This document shows, piece after piece, positions 27,936-40,189 of a stretch of DNA of 64,000 nucleotides. The DNA is from the human T2T-CHM13v2.0 reference genome, Homo sapiens. The stretch lies in NCBI RefSeq assembly GCF_009914755.1, contig NC_060936.1; one strand, given 5' to 3'. Under the pieces are notes generated by a model. It did not search any database and was not told the origin of the DNA. It worked only from the letters and a program-made list of their open reading frames with translations. Within the stretch, counting starts at the first letter, position 1; each line of letters opens with the position of its first letter. The translations under genes were made by a program, and so were the position numbers.

Positions 27936-28013
27936 GTCTTCAGCATCAGGGGATTTTCAGAGTGTCTGGTTCCCAGGTGGAAGTCAATGATATTAAAAAT
28001 TCATTTGAGAGAG
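27936..28013 (+). CDS. SRGAP1: SRGAP1 exon (78 nt, phase 1-1), RhoGAP arginine finger: LQHQGIFRVSGSQVEVNDIKNSFER
   Basis: ttttctctttag|GTCTTC ... GAGAGAG|gtaatt; GIFR motif with catalytic Arg codon at 27959-27961. Confidence 0.96.
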
Positions 28014-28539
28014 GTAATTGCACGTCTATCCCTATAAGCAAACCACGTTGAAAAGTCATCATGTTCTGTAAACTGAAGTGGCACCCTTATTCTGTATATC
28101 CTCAAAACCTTTCTTTGTATGTACTGCATTAGGGGTGCAGCAGTAAGAATCCATTAAGAATCGCTGAGAAATGGTACCAAAACTATAAGCCCTTGTTATT
28201 AAAATTAGAAAAGCATATGAGCTCTGCATCCTGGTTGAGGACTGACATTGATAATCGGTGCCAGGTATAGCAAATGTGGGGCCGAAAGAGTTCTGGAAGA
28301 GTGGCCAGGGCAGCCCTGGGCCTAGACAGCAGGTGAGGGAGGCAGCTCCTCCCTGCTGCCCAGCTCCTCCCTTTGTCGGGAGCTCTTCCCTTTTTCTTCT
28401 CACGGTCCACAGACTCCTTCCCTGTGACCCTAGGGGGTGCCTTATGCTTGTTCATAATTGGCTGTCAAATAAGTTCTACTAAACTGGGTCATATGCCATA
28501 TACATTATCTTTTTTCAATGTCAATACTTTTTTCCCTTA

Positions 28540-28705
28540 ATTTTTTATTTTTAACTATTATGGGTACGTAATAGTGTTATGTATTAATAGGGTATATATG
28601 ATGTTTTAACCCAGGCATACAGTGTGTAATGATCAAATCAGGGTAACTGGGATATCCATCACCTGAAGCACATATCATTTCCTTATGTTAGAAACATTCC
28701 AATTA
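28540..28705 (-). mobile_element. L1MA 3' end fragment
   Basis: aatgatcaaatcagggtaactgggatatccatcacct motif. Confidence 0.75.
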
Positions 28706-30049
28706 GCACATTATAATTAGCAAAGCTGCACACTTTCGTGTCAGGCAGACCTAGAATCATATCAGACTCTCAGCCACTAATCAATCATGTGATACGGGTC
28801 AAGTCGCTCAATTCCTATTTGGCCTCGATTTCCTCACCTGCAAAACTGTAAAAATTGATGGTTAGAGCAGAGCAGCCACATGTGCCAAGTCTCATGCATT
28901 GGCCATCTTCAGGGTAAGCTGAAATATGGTAAAGTATCAGGTTCTGTGCTAGCCACCACAGGCAAAATACATGATCATTTTTCCTTGGAAATTTTCCCAG
29001 TATTTGTTATTTGTTTGTGATCTGCTTGGGTGAGGCTTTCTCACAGTGGGCAAAAATAATAGTAATTATTATATTCTGATAAATTCATGTTCAGTGATTT
29101 CTTGCCCTAGGAACAGAGAAAAGAGAACAACAGATCCCTAAAAATAAATTGCCCTAAGAAGCAAAAAAATACGTTAAAATGCAATGCACACTTTTTGTGA
29201 ACTTTAGAAGAGAAGCATAAAACTGTAAATAAAAAACAGAATTTGATTTAAGGTTGTATTTTATGTTGAACTTCTTAAGGATTTTATCTCTAGAGGAACA
29301 ATAACCAGACTTGTTGCCTAATAATTTAATTTAGTTCTCAGAGAGAAACGCTCACCAGACTAGTTGCCTAATATTTTAAAGTTGTTTACCATAAAAAAAA
29401 TAATTTTATATTTGTGATATATTTTTTAAATTCCCACTTTTTATACAAACTCCTTGGTAACATGAAAGGTACATTTTCAAGTTCCTCTATCTGATTTTAG
29501 AGTCTGCCTCTGCTCAAGACAGCCTTCAGATGTGCTGTGAACACCACCATGCCACTTTGGGAAATACCTACTTATTTAATTGTAGGTGTTCACAATTCAG
29601 TGGCACCTATGACATTTCTGATAAATTTTGCTGACCCATATAGCATAGTCAGACAGACCTATGGTGTGTCTTTTTCCCAGTAGGGTAAGAAACACAGGAT
29701 GTAGTGTTTGAATTCATGTCAAACTAAGATTACAGATTTCAGCTTAAAAAAAGTGGGGGTTGGGTAAAATTATAAATTCCACAATATTTTATTTTAAGAT
29801 TTGAGTAACTTGTAAGGGATTATTTAGTAGCATAAGATTTTAAAAGCTTTATTTTAGTCAACTGTTTTTAGGTTAATCATGGGGTGGGATATCTAAACCA
29901 ATTATTTTAATTTTAGTACCATATAATCTTTCATAAAGCATAATTAAAAGATACATGTATATATAGCAACGTGTATGTTCATAGAAATATATTTTTGTTC
30001 AGAGAAAAAGAAGCACTGTTAATGTAATGAGTTTTTTTTTTTTTTTTAG

Positions 30050-30184
30050 GTGAAAATCCTTTGGCTGATGACCAGAGTAACCATGATATTAACTCAGTTG
30101 CTGGCGTTCTGAAGCTCTATTTCCGTGGGCTGGAAAACCCCCTCTTTCCTAAGGAAAGATTTAACGATCTGATTTCTTGTATCA
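30050..30184 (+). CDS. SRGAP1: SRGAP1 exon (135 nt, phase 1-1), RhoGAP: ENPLADDQSNHDINSVAGVLKLYFRGLENPLFPKERFNDLISCI
   Basis: T16-ag|GTGAAA ... TGTATCA|gtaagt; conserved VAGVLKLYFRxLxxPLF motif. Confidence 0.97.
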
Positions 30185-31271
30185 GTAAGTGGACATTTTT
30201 TTCATCTTTTCCCACAAGAATTATTTCACTAGCTAACTTCCTGGAAAAGGCAGTGGCCCCCCTCCATACACCCCCACCCCCATTACCCCATTACCACCAT
30301 ATTTCTGGGACCATTTGTTTTCTTTCTGGATCCAGTGCGAGTCATCCTCCCAGCTGTGGCCTCACCCTCGGCTGAGTGGGCTTTCCTCCTGAACATCCTC
30401 TGGCTCCAGAAAGCCAGGAGCTTCCCACTCATGGCTGGAATTGAGCAGAAAGCCAGGTGCCAGCTGCCTAAGGGAAAGGAGGAAGTTGTAAGCTGGGAAA
30501 TGTGACCTTTTCTTGGCTTTTGATTCTTGGTTTTTCTCAACCAATTTTAGGAGTGGGGTAATTTATCCATCTTTCAATGTTATTTCAAGAAATGGATAAA
30601 ATGAAATCAAAGATCCTTATTACAGTGCAGGAACACCAGGTGGTAATTATCTGTCAGTGGGCAACCCAAGCTAATAGGCAGAGTTGCTCTGGGATTGTGT
30701 ATGACATATTATGAAACCGATAATCATTGGCAAAGTAAAGCATTGCTGTTTACTTCAGTGGGGGCTTTTTGACACTATACAAAGGAAGGTGAAAATAATG
30801 ATACCATGAATTAATTATTAGCCACAATCAAGATCCATGCATCTAAAAATACAGTGTCCCTTTTAAGTCCGAGTTCCCAGCAAGAGTCTAGAGCTGACTT
30901 CAATCACTTAGGCTTCATAAGAATCAACTTTTTACTCTTAATAAAGAAATCTCCGTACAGTCCCTCCACCCCCCATCTGAATCAACAAGTCCTATTGATC
31001 TGCCCTCAAAAAAAACATCTCACTACTCATCCCTCCTTCCCCATCCCCATCACCTTGGTTTCTCACTGGGGATAGTTAGAGTGTCTTAAATGGACTCTAC
31101 TTCTAGATTTTGCCTTCTTTTCCCAACCCCTACCCCCTGGCCCTGCATTCTCACACTGCAGCTAGAGTTAAAAAAAAAAAAAAAACTGGGTTGCTTGCTT
31201 TCTCCCCTTTTTAAAACCTATTTCAATATAAAAGCAAACTCCCCAAGGTGGGCTTATTGCTTGGTCTCCAT

Positions 31272-31525
<254 letters not shown>

Positions 31526-31889
31526 TCATATAATTGAATTATTCCTCTCTCTGATCTCTGCTACTGCTGCACAGCCCTCTCCTGCTACCCTACCATATTT
31601 ACTGTATATTTCAGCAGTAGCAGACTGTACATATGCTGGGCCATTTCCCACCTCCATCCACTTGCCTATGCTGTTTCCTCAGCTGTCCATGGTAACCATT
31701 CAACATCTGCTGTGAAGGCTTTGCCAAATTGGCATTCCTCCCACAACTCTGTCCTCCCCACCACTCCAACCAGGATTAATCACTTTCTCCTCTCCCATTA
31801 TTCTATTGGGTACGTATGTCCAGAATTTTTCTGATCTCCCCGCATTATAATTTTTTTAACCCCTCTGTCTCCTACTACTAGAAAATGAG

Positions 31890-32135
31890 TTTAGGCAGTA
31901 GGTTAAGAATAGAGGCTCTGGATTCAAAGAGCCTACTTCAGATCCTAGCTCTGTCACATACTCATCAGCTGTGTGACCTTAGTCAGGTTTCTTAAGCTCT
32001 CTGCATCTCAGTTTCCTCACCTATAAAATAGGGGGAACATTAATCCTTACATCATAGGGTTGTGAGAATTTAGTGAGTTAATATGTGTAAAATGCCAAGA
32101 AGAGTGCCTGGCACAGAATATGCTCAATGGAGTGC
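31890..32135 (+). mobile_element. MIR
   Basis: gctgtgtgaccttagtcaggtttcttaagctctctgcatctcagtttcctcacctataaaat core. Confidence 0.8.
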
Positions 32136-32729
32136 CCACAGTTAGCTCCACAGGCTTGTGGAGTAGTTTTGCAGCCCTAACATTTGTCCACTCCCGAAGG
32201 TTAGGAATTAGTTAATTCCTGGAGCATGTTAAGTTAAATAGAATTTATAGATGAAATGAATTGAAAAGTCAAGATTCCACCACGAGTTCTTTGTCTGGCA
32301 TCAGTGCCTAGAGTCTTGGCTCCAGTTGGGTATGAATTTCCCGGTCATAATCCTCCCCAGTCTGATGTCCCATTGGAATTTAGAAGTACAGCTGCACGTC
32401 CATTCCACGGCCCTTGCGTAGCCTGAGTCATCACAATGAACCTCTGACCCAGCTGGAAAGAAATGAAAAGGAGGTGTTTCACTTCTGGAATTCTCCTTTG
32501 GCCATGTCCAAAGATTTCCCTCACATCCTAGCCAAAAAGCTTAAGTCTGGAAAAATAACAAGTGCTGTACAATGCTTAGTGGTTTTCTAGGTCCATACAT
32601 CATGTCAGCTGTAACATGTACATGTACCAATTGGATAAAGAGTGTTGGGCCACATTGTCAGTTACCATTATAGAATCATTTCACACTTTTATTGGATGAA
32701 AAATATCATTTCATAGTGGTTTTTAATAA

Positions 32730-32955
32730 CTGAGGCCATAGAGTCAGAAAGATCTAGGTTCAAATCCTAGCTTTACCACTTTCCAACTTTGTATAAACTT
32801 GGGCAAAGATTAATACTTAATCTTATTAAATAGCTGTTTCTTCACCTACTTCATAGAGTCTATGTGAAGAATAAATGAGACAGTCCATGTAAAGGGTTTC
32901 ACATCATGCCTGGCACATAGTAACCCTCAGTAAGTGTTGCAAGCTGTCATCATTA
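32730..32955 (+). mobile_element. MIR
   Basis: gagtcagaaagatctaggttcaaatcctagc...tgcctggcacatagtaa. Confidence 0.7.
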
Positions 32956-34115
32956 CTACTATTACAATTACTCTGACTATAAACTGTGGTCACATATGCC
33001 AATACCTGGGTTGGCCACTTATCAATCTGTCTGTTCTGCTAAGTATGTGTTTCTTTGGCATAATTAACTCACGTGAATTTAGAAATATTTGTGTTATCCT
33101 CAAGTTACATTGTTTCCAGCATGATTTTTCCCAGCACATTAAATACCTTGTAGCAATCAATGTCAAGCTTTCTCACAATTAGAGTCATATTTAGCAAATA
33201 TGTAAACTACAAGGAAAAAATCTATGGAGATATCTCATGTAAGGGTACCTACAGTGCTCAAGTGCAAGTGAAGAAGCTACAATGACATTCCCTCCTGTAT
33301 TAAAACAATGGATTAATCAAAATCAATGGATTCATAATCCTTGGATTTTAATAGGATTGTTAATGTTTTCATTAGTGCAGTAGTTACAAAGTTTCATAAA
33401 TGTTGAGTAGTCTGCCCCAATCCTATTTTTCCCCATAAGTCTTGTTACTTTTAGTGCAAAGTTTTACAGAATGGCAGGTGTTTCAAAAACATACATATTG
33501 ACACTAACAACCTCTTTATAGAACAACCCCTTTTCCTCCAACATGTAACCTCTTAAGAAAGAGAGGATTCTTGGATGTTATTATCTCTAAGCAAGCATTT
33601 TTTTCTTACCAATGTGACCATAATGCATTTTTCCTGGATTTTCCTGCATTTTTCCTGGATTTTCAATAAATCCTTTGAGTAGCATAATACATCTTTTATC
33701 ATTGTATCCCCTTATCAATATTGCAGACTTTTGACGATTTGAACCAAGTTGATTAATAGTCTACAATGTATAAAACTGTCTAGGGATTCAGAGACTTGAT
33801 TCTTGCATTTAAGAGGCTTAAAATGTAGTAGGAAAGGTAAGATATTTACAAATAAATGCAGGCTAAGTTAATATATGATAGAAACAAAGATTTTGAAATT
33901 TTAGAGGAAAGAGAGATCTGAGTGATAGATTGTTTTTACCCCTGTCATCTTGTAGCATTGCTGTAATTGGGTTTGATTTTCCCCATTAAAGTAATTTCAC
34001 ATGACAGTTATTTTGTATAGAAAAACTTCCCTTTTCATCTTTTCTAAGAGTTTGCATAAGGCACTGTAGCACCCACTACTTTTCGCTTCCGTATTTTTGG
34101 ATTGTTTGGGGAAAG

Positions 34116-34117
<2 letters not shown>

Positions 34118-34160
<43 letters not shown>
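34118..34160. repeat. (GT)21 microsatellite
   Basis: Read directly. Confidence 0.97.
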
Positions 34161-34161
<1 letters not shown>

Positions 34162-34981
34162 TGAGTAGTTATCCAGCCATGTTTATGCTTTATGACCCTG
34201 AGTGACCACGTTCTTTGGAAGCTTACAAATATATGTAGTCAAAGGAAATTTATCTTAGCATTCTTTTTTTAAAAATATGCACTATTTGTTCCCCAATTTA
34301 TTGTACATTTCTTTTTAAAGATTATTTATCTGGATGAAGACATAGTAAAACCAAATGCAACATAAATTTGAAGTGGCAAACTTGGTAGTTTCTCAGTTTC
34401 TCACCCAAGAGTTATTTTGTTTTGTTTTGTTTTGTTTTAACCATCCACTTTGTGAGTGGTTTTGTCAATGCTCCAGGTCATACCCACAAAGTCTGGGCAG
34501 CTTGTAGAATATCCCTGCATCATGGCTCTGAGATTTCCTAGGGCATAAGTTCAAGTGACTTGCCCTAGAAAAGCCACTCAAGTAATTCATGTTTTTTTTT
34601 CTGACTGCCTTAAGGCTGTGAGCCCAGATGAAACTTTTTCATTCCATTTTACATTAGGTGTTATTATTTAGGTGACTACTTGGATATGAGGAAACGGTTT
34701 CTTAAGGGAGAATTTTTCTTCCTATCACAAAACCAACATGTAGTTATTGTAGAGTACCTGAAAAATGCACAAAAGCACATAGAACAAAATATTGTCAACC
34801 AAAATTCCATAATTCCACTACCCAAAGAGAATCACTGGCATGTACACATTTTGTTTACAACAAACAACAACAAATACTATGTTTCATGTTAATATACAAC
34901 ATAACCACAATACCATTATCATACCCTTAAAACCAACAATAATTCCTTAAATCATCAAATGAGTAGTCAATGCTTTATTTA

Positions 34982-35061
34982 TTAGGTTGGTGCAAAAGTT
35001 ATTGCGGCTTTTGCCATTACTTTTAGTGGCAAAAAACACGATTAGTTTTGCACCAACCTAA
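34982..35061. mobile_element. MADE1 (Hsmar1-derived MITE, 80-bp palindrome)
   Basis: ttaggttggtgcaaaa...ttttgcaccaacctaa. Confidence 0.93.
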
Positions 35062-35192
35062 TGTTATGCAATTAACATGTTATCACTGTAGAAAAATTAT
35101 AAACTAAGAACAAATCGTAATTTCTCTACACAGAGATAGTGATAACGTTTTTAGTATCTTTCCAGAGTTTTTCTACAGTACCTATGTACTTT

Positions 35193-35600
35193 GTAAAGCA
35201 GCTTTATTGAGATATAATTCTCATACTCTACAATTCATCCATTAAAGAGTACAGGCCAGTGGTTTTTAGTATAGTCACAGAATTATGCAACCATCACCAC
35301 AATCAATTATAGTACATTTTTATTACCCCCAAAAGAAACCCCAGTTAGCAAACATTGGCAATTACTCCCCGTTTACTCATAACCACCACCACCCCCGGCC
35401 CTAGGCAATCACTAATCTACTTTCCGTCTCTATAGATTTGCCTGTTCTGGCCGTTTCATATGAATAGAATTATACAGTATGTTGTCCTTTGTGATTGGCT
35501 TTCACTTAGCATAATGTTTTCAAGGATCATCCATGTTACAGTAGGTATCAGTACTTCATTCTTTTTGATTGCCAAAAAATCCATTTTGTGGGTACACACT
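35193..35600 (-). mobile_element. L1MB 3' end with intact 12-bp TSD
   Basis: gctttattgagatataattc...; cctatgtacttt at 35181-35192 and 35601-35612. Confidence 0.85.
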
Positions 35601-35805
35601 CCTATGTACTTTTCATAAAAATTATATCGTACCAAGTGACCACTAATGGATAAGAGGTTTGTTTTTGAAGTGATGAAAATGCTCTAAAATGATTGAGGTG
35701 ATCTTGTACAACTCTGAGTGTACTAAAAATCATTGTTAAACTGTGTAAATGGGTAAATTATATGGTATATTAGTTATATCTCAATAAAGCTGTTGTTAAA
35801 AAAAT

Positions 35806-36089
35806 TGTTTTTGAGACAGGCTCTCACTCTGTTGTCCAGGCTGGATTGCAGTGGCGTGATCACAGCTCACTGCAACCTCCTAGGCTAAAGTGATCCTCCC
35901 CCCTCAGCCTCCCAAGTAGCTGGGACCACAGGCGTGCACCACCACACCCAGCTAATTTTTGTATTTTTTTGGTAGAGACAGGGTTTCACAACATTGCCCA
36001 GGCTGGTCTTGAACTCCTGGACTCAAGCAATACACCCTCCTCGCCCTCCCAAAGTGCTAGAATTAAGGTGTGAGCCACTGTGCCCGGCC
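35806..36089 (-). mobile_element. AluJ inserted at the tail of an L1 3' fragment
   Basis: aagctgttgt(t)aaaaaa TSD. Confidence 0.9.
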
Positions 36090-37689
36090 AAGCTGTTGTA
36101 AAAAATTATGCCACGCCATACTGGCTCTTCATAAACCACTTTTTTAAAACTCAATAATATTATTTTCAAAATATAGCTTTTAGTGACCCTATAATGATTT
36201 CTATTTTATGTAACAAATCCCCTAGTTTAGACATTTAGATTGTTTCCAGTGATTTTGCAACTATACCAAAATACTATGATGAGCTTCTTAGTACCTAAAT
36301 TTATTTGCCTTTTCTGATTATTTCATGAAAAAAGCTTTTGAACTCTTTTTCTGGTGCTCAATATATGTTTTTGCTATAAAAATTTCTTTCAGCTTTATTG
36401 ACATACATGGTAGTTTTCTCTCTGAATTCTAAATTTCTGTTTGATGCCTTATAATAATGTTCTTAATTTTTCCTTTATCCTTAAAAATATTTAATAGGCT
36501 GAGTATCTGAACTGAGTAGGTAAAGCTCTCTAGGCTAAGACTCAGTTTCTTTACTAACCTCAATATGATAATTCAGCAGAATAGGAAACATCTATGTATG
36601 TATTTCTATAGTGCTGTTATTTAGGAGAGAAATCAATGGTTTAATTCACAGAAGTCAGTCTGTTAAACAATTATATACAAAGGTTTGATTAACACCTTGA
36701 CATTGTTAGTGTGAACCTAAAAATGTCCTGAAACTGATACATTCATCTTGAATGCCAGCTGTTAGGCTATGGAACTCACAAGTATGTGTGTACCCACTGT
36801 TAAATAAACGGTTTCTAAATGTGGCTGCCAAGGAATTTCCTTCCCTGTCTTCATACCTAAGGAGAAATTTGCATCTTGTGATTTATTATTCATTTTCTGG
36901 CAAACAAATACTTCTACAAATAGTCCACAGAAGAACCAGTATTTTCAGAGTGATGACCATTTGAACTTTTTGCCATTTGCTGAAGTAACTTGTGTTTTAT
37001 GGTAAATTTTTCACATGCATTTACATGGAGCTATCTAACCCGCCTGCTGGGAAGTTGGGACGCTAACATGAGAATCTTGCATTGCTGGGAAAAAAACATA
37101 TATTAGCCCAGGGAGCTTTGAGCATGTGATCAAGGTTGGATGAATGCCACTTTTACCTAATTACATGAGACCTTGAATTGTGGAAAACAAAGCCCAGCTT
37201 ACAAGAAATCCAAGTGAAATACTGATTTTCCCCACTGACAACTTTTCTGAGGGGAAGAAAAGACCCATCTTTCCCTCCAGCATGAAATTGTGAAATTTGC
37301 CACACTCAGAGCCAGCTAGGAACACACATTCATCAGGGTGTCAGCAGCAACCATAAATTTTGCCCACTAACTGGACTCAGGACAGTAAATGAGTCATTTG
37401 TACCAGAGCGAAGCTCCTGTAGGATACACATTGCGCGCCTGTTGAGCAGCCAGCCAGGTAGAATTGGGAGTCCTGCTCGCAGCCATCACGGTTAGAGGCC
37501 TTCGAGACGAACAGATTTGCTACTACTTCAGGAATGCCAGCAGTTCTGTTTTGCTTTGATTTGTGTTGACTGTAGTTAAAGAGAATGTACATCTGCCTCA
37601 TATAACTTTATCTAGTTTTTTTAGTGTCACTTATGTCCTTGTTGCTTTTCCCCTGAAGTCTTTCATTTGCATCCCACAGGCCCCCTCAT

Positions 37690-38195
37690 TCTTTTATTGT
37701 GGTAAAAATATATATATATATAAAAAATATAAAATTTACCATGTTAACGATTTTTAAGTGTACAGTTCGGTGGCATTAAGTACATTCACAATTATCACCA
37801 CTATCCATTTCTAGAACTTTTTCATCTTCTCAAACAGAAACTCGGTACTCATCAAACAATAACTCCCCATCCTCCTGCACCTCCGCCCCAGGCCCTGGCT
37901 TTATCTCTTCTGCTTTCTGTCTCTATGCATTTGCCTATTCCAGGTACCTAACATAAGTGGAATCATATAATACTTGTTCTTTTGGTGACTGGCTTCAGTT
38001 AGCATAGTGTCCTCAAGCCTCATGCATGTTGCAGCATGTGTCAGAAATGTTTTTCTTTTTAAGGCTGAATAATACTGCATTGTGTGTGCATACCACATTT
38101 TGTTTATCCACTCATCTGTCGATGAACATTTAGGTTGTCTCTACCTTTTGGTTATTATGAATAATGCTACTCTGAAACTGCTGTACAAATATTTG
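37690..38195 (-). mobile_element. L1MB 3' end
   Basis: ttttaagtgtacagttcggtggcattaagtacattcac...aaggctgaataatac. Confidence 0.85.
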
Positions 38196-38310
38196 TTCCC
38201 TCAATTCTTATTAAATAAAATTTTAAAACTGCCTTTAAGAGGTAGAGGGACTAAGTTTAGAACCAAGAGATAGAAACAAGAAGATCTTGAATTAAGATTA
38301 AACTTCTTGA

Positions 38311-38613
38311 GGCCGGGGATGGTGGCTCATACCTGTAATCCCAGCACTTCGGGAGGCTGAGGCAGGCAGATCACTTGAGGCCAGGAGTTTGAGACCAACC
38401 TGGACAACGTGGCAAAATCCCCTCTCTACTAAAAATACAAAAATTAGTCAGGCATGGTGGTGGGTGCTCCTAATCCCAGCTACCTGGGAGCCTGAGGTAT
38501 CAGAATCACTTGAACCTGGGAGGCAGAGGTTGCAGTTAGCTGACATCACCCCACTGCACTCCAGCCTGGATGACAGAGTAAGACTCTGTCTCAAAAACAA
38601 CAACAACAACAAA
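38311..38613 (+). mobile_element. AluS with (CAA)n tail
   Basis: Full dimer. Confidence 0.92.
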
Positions 38614-38839
38614 ATCTCTTGGAATTAATGCCTATGTCCTGTAGTTACAGAGAATGTAGCCTCCAGAGTGACTTGCTGTCTATGGGATTTGACAAATATT
38701 AAAGATGAATAATATAGTAAGAGTGGTTCTTTTTACATCCTTTCCTTTCCTTTTGTTTTTAACTCTAGGACTTTAAAACTAGCGTTAAGCTACAAAACTC
38801 CTGTCCCTGATAGTTGACCTTAACTTTATGATTATTAAT

Positions 38840-38951
38840 TGTTTTAGAGACAATGTATTCCTCTGTTGCCCAGACTAGAATGTGGTGGTGTGATCATAGC
38901 TCACTGGAGCTTCGAACTCCTGGGCTCAAGCAATTCTCTTACCTTAGCCTC
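38840..38951 (-). mobile_element. FLAM/FAM monomer fragment
   Basis: 13-bp TSD gaccttaacttta. Confidence 0.8.
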
Positions 38952-40096
38952 GACCTTAACTTTAAAATGAGGATTTGCTGGGAGAATGAGGAAACTTCAC
39001 TTTTGAAACACCCAAGATTCTCAATAAACAGCGGGAGAAGTTTTATTGTTGTCTTAAGAATAAATCATAATATGTATAATTTCGCTTTTGAAGAGTTTTT
39101 TCTTTTTCATTTTTAGAGATAGACTTTCTAGATACAGGTATGCTAAATCATCTTTGTCTTCTTTAAAGCAGCAACAACATTACACTTTTTATAAAATCAG
39201 CTATTTTAGGTAATAAGCATTCAACCAGTTAATTTCTGATATGAGATAATAATGCAGCTGTGTTGAAATAGTATTTAAAGATACAGAATTCCCATTAAAT
39301 TCTCAATGACTTGCAAATTACTTCATGTTTAGGCATTTCATCTTCCCTCTCTGTACAATGTGGTTTTGCACATATCACATGAAGTTGTCATGGAGATAAA
39401 CAGCTTACTCTGGGACATGTCTTGATCCTACCAGGACCAAACTGGGTGGAAATGTTGATAACTTAATTATTGAGTTATTGTGGCCTGAGAGAATTTATAC
39501 ACCTGTTGAATAACTTCTTTTTTAAGCATCTTATTCCCTCTTTTCAGGGAAAAATAAATCAAGACCATTGCCTGGGAAGTATGTTAACAAAGTGCTTGTA
39601 TGCAATAGACGTAACCCTAATCTGCCTTGTTCATAGCGTTATATTTTCTCCATTTTGAAATATTTTACAAATAAAAAAGGCAAAATGTAGTATATTCAAT
39701 TCAGTATTACTAAGATCACACTATTATAAATTATAGATTTATATTGAAAGAATAAAAATGAAAGAATGAGAATGTTAATTGCATGATAATGTTTTACTTA
39801 CATTCTGGTTCAAGAGTTTCTGAAATTGCATTTGCTAAAAGATGACAGAGCTACGGTTCCAACTTTGGCATACTTAAAGGTGGGAATGGAAGTGGTTTTT
39901 TCTCAGGAATCCTGATAAATTATTGCTTGTTTTGTCAGCTCATTCTTGGTTAATCAAGAATATTCCTAATAGATTTTTCGTACCTTTTCAGCTATGCAAA
40001 AGGGAAAATAGAATGCCCAGTTTGATAATAAGTGGAAAACAGCTGGGGTCAGCACTCAAGATTCCAGGGAAATAAGCTTAGCAAGAGTAATTAAGA

Positions 40097-40189
40097 CAGT
40101 GGTTCTCAACCCTGGCTGCATAAAAGAATCTCAGGCATCAGCATTTTTAATCTCCCCAAGTGAATCCAAGTCAAGGTTGAGAACCACTG
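40097..40189. mobile_element. Short MER5-family hAT MITE
   Basis: Perfect 15-bp terminal inverted repeats cagtggttctcaacc / ggttgagaaccactg. Confidence 0.85.

Noticed and set aside
29304-29373. Direct repeat accagact(t/a)gttgcctaata with 50-nt period, superficially repeat-spacer-repeat
   Set aside because: Only two copies in eukaryotic intron; a simple local duplication, not a CRISPR-like array.
29667-29690. tttttcccag|TAGG|gtaaga microexon-like signal
   Set aside because: 4 nt (or 1 nt) is frame-disrupting and the pyrimidine tract is short; probably chance.
33624-33665. Tandem 21-mer duplication tgcatttttcctggattttc(c/a)
   Set aside because: Ordinary slippage duplication. Similar ones occur at 12077-12126, 40723-40772 and 44469-44501.
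37373-37385. 13-mer ggactcaggacag identical to the start of the exon at 27741
   Set aside because: No extension of homology and no pyrimidine tract; compatible with chance in 64 kb.
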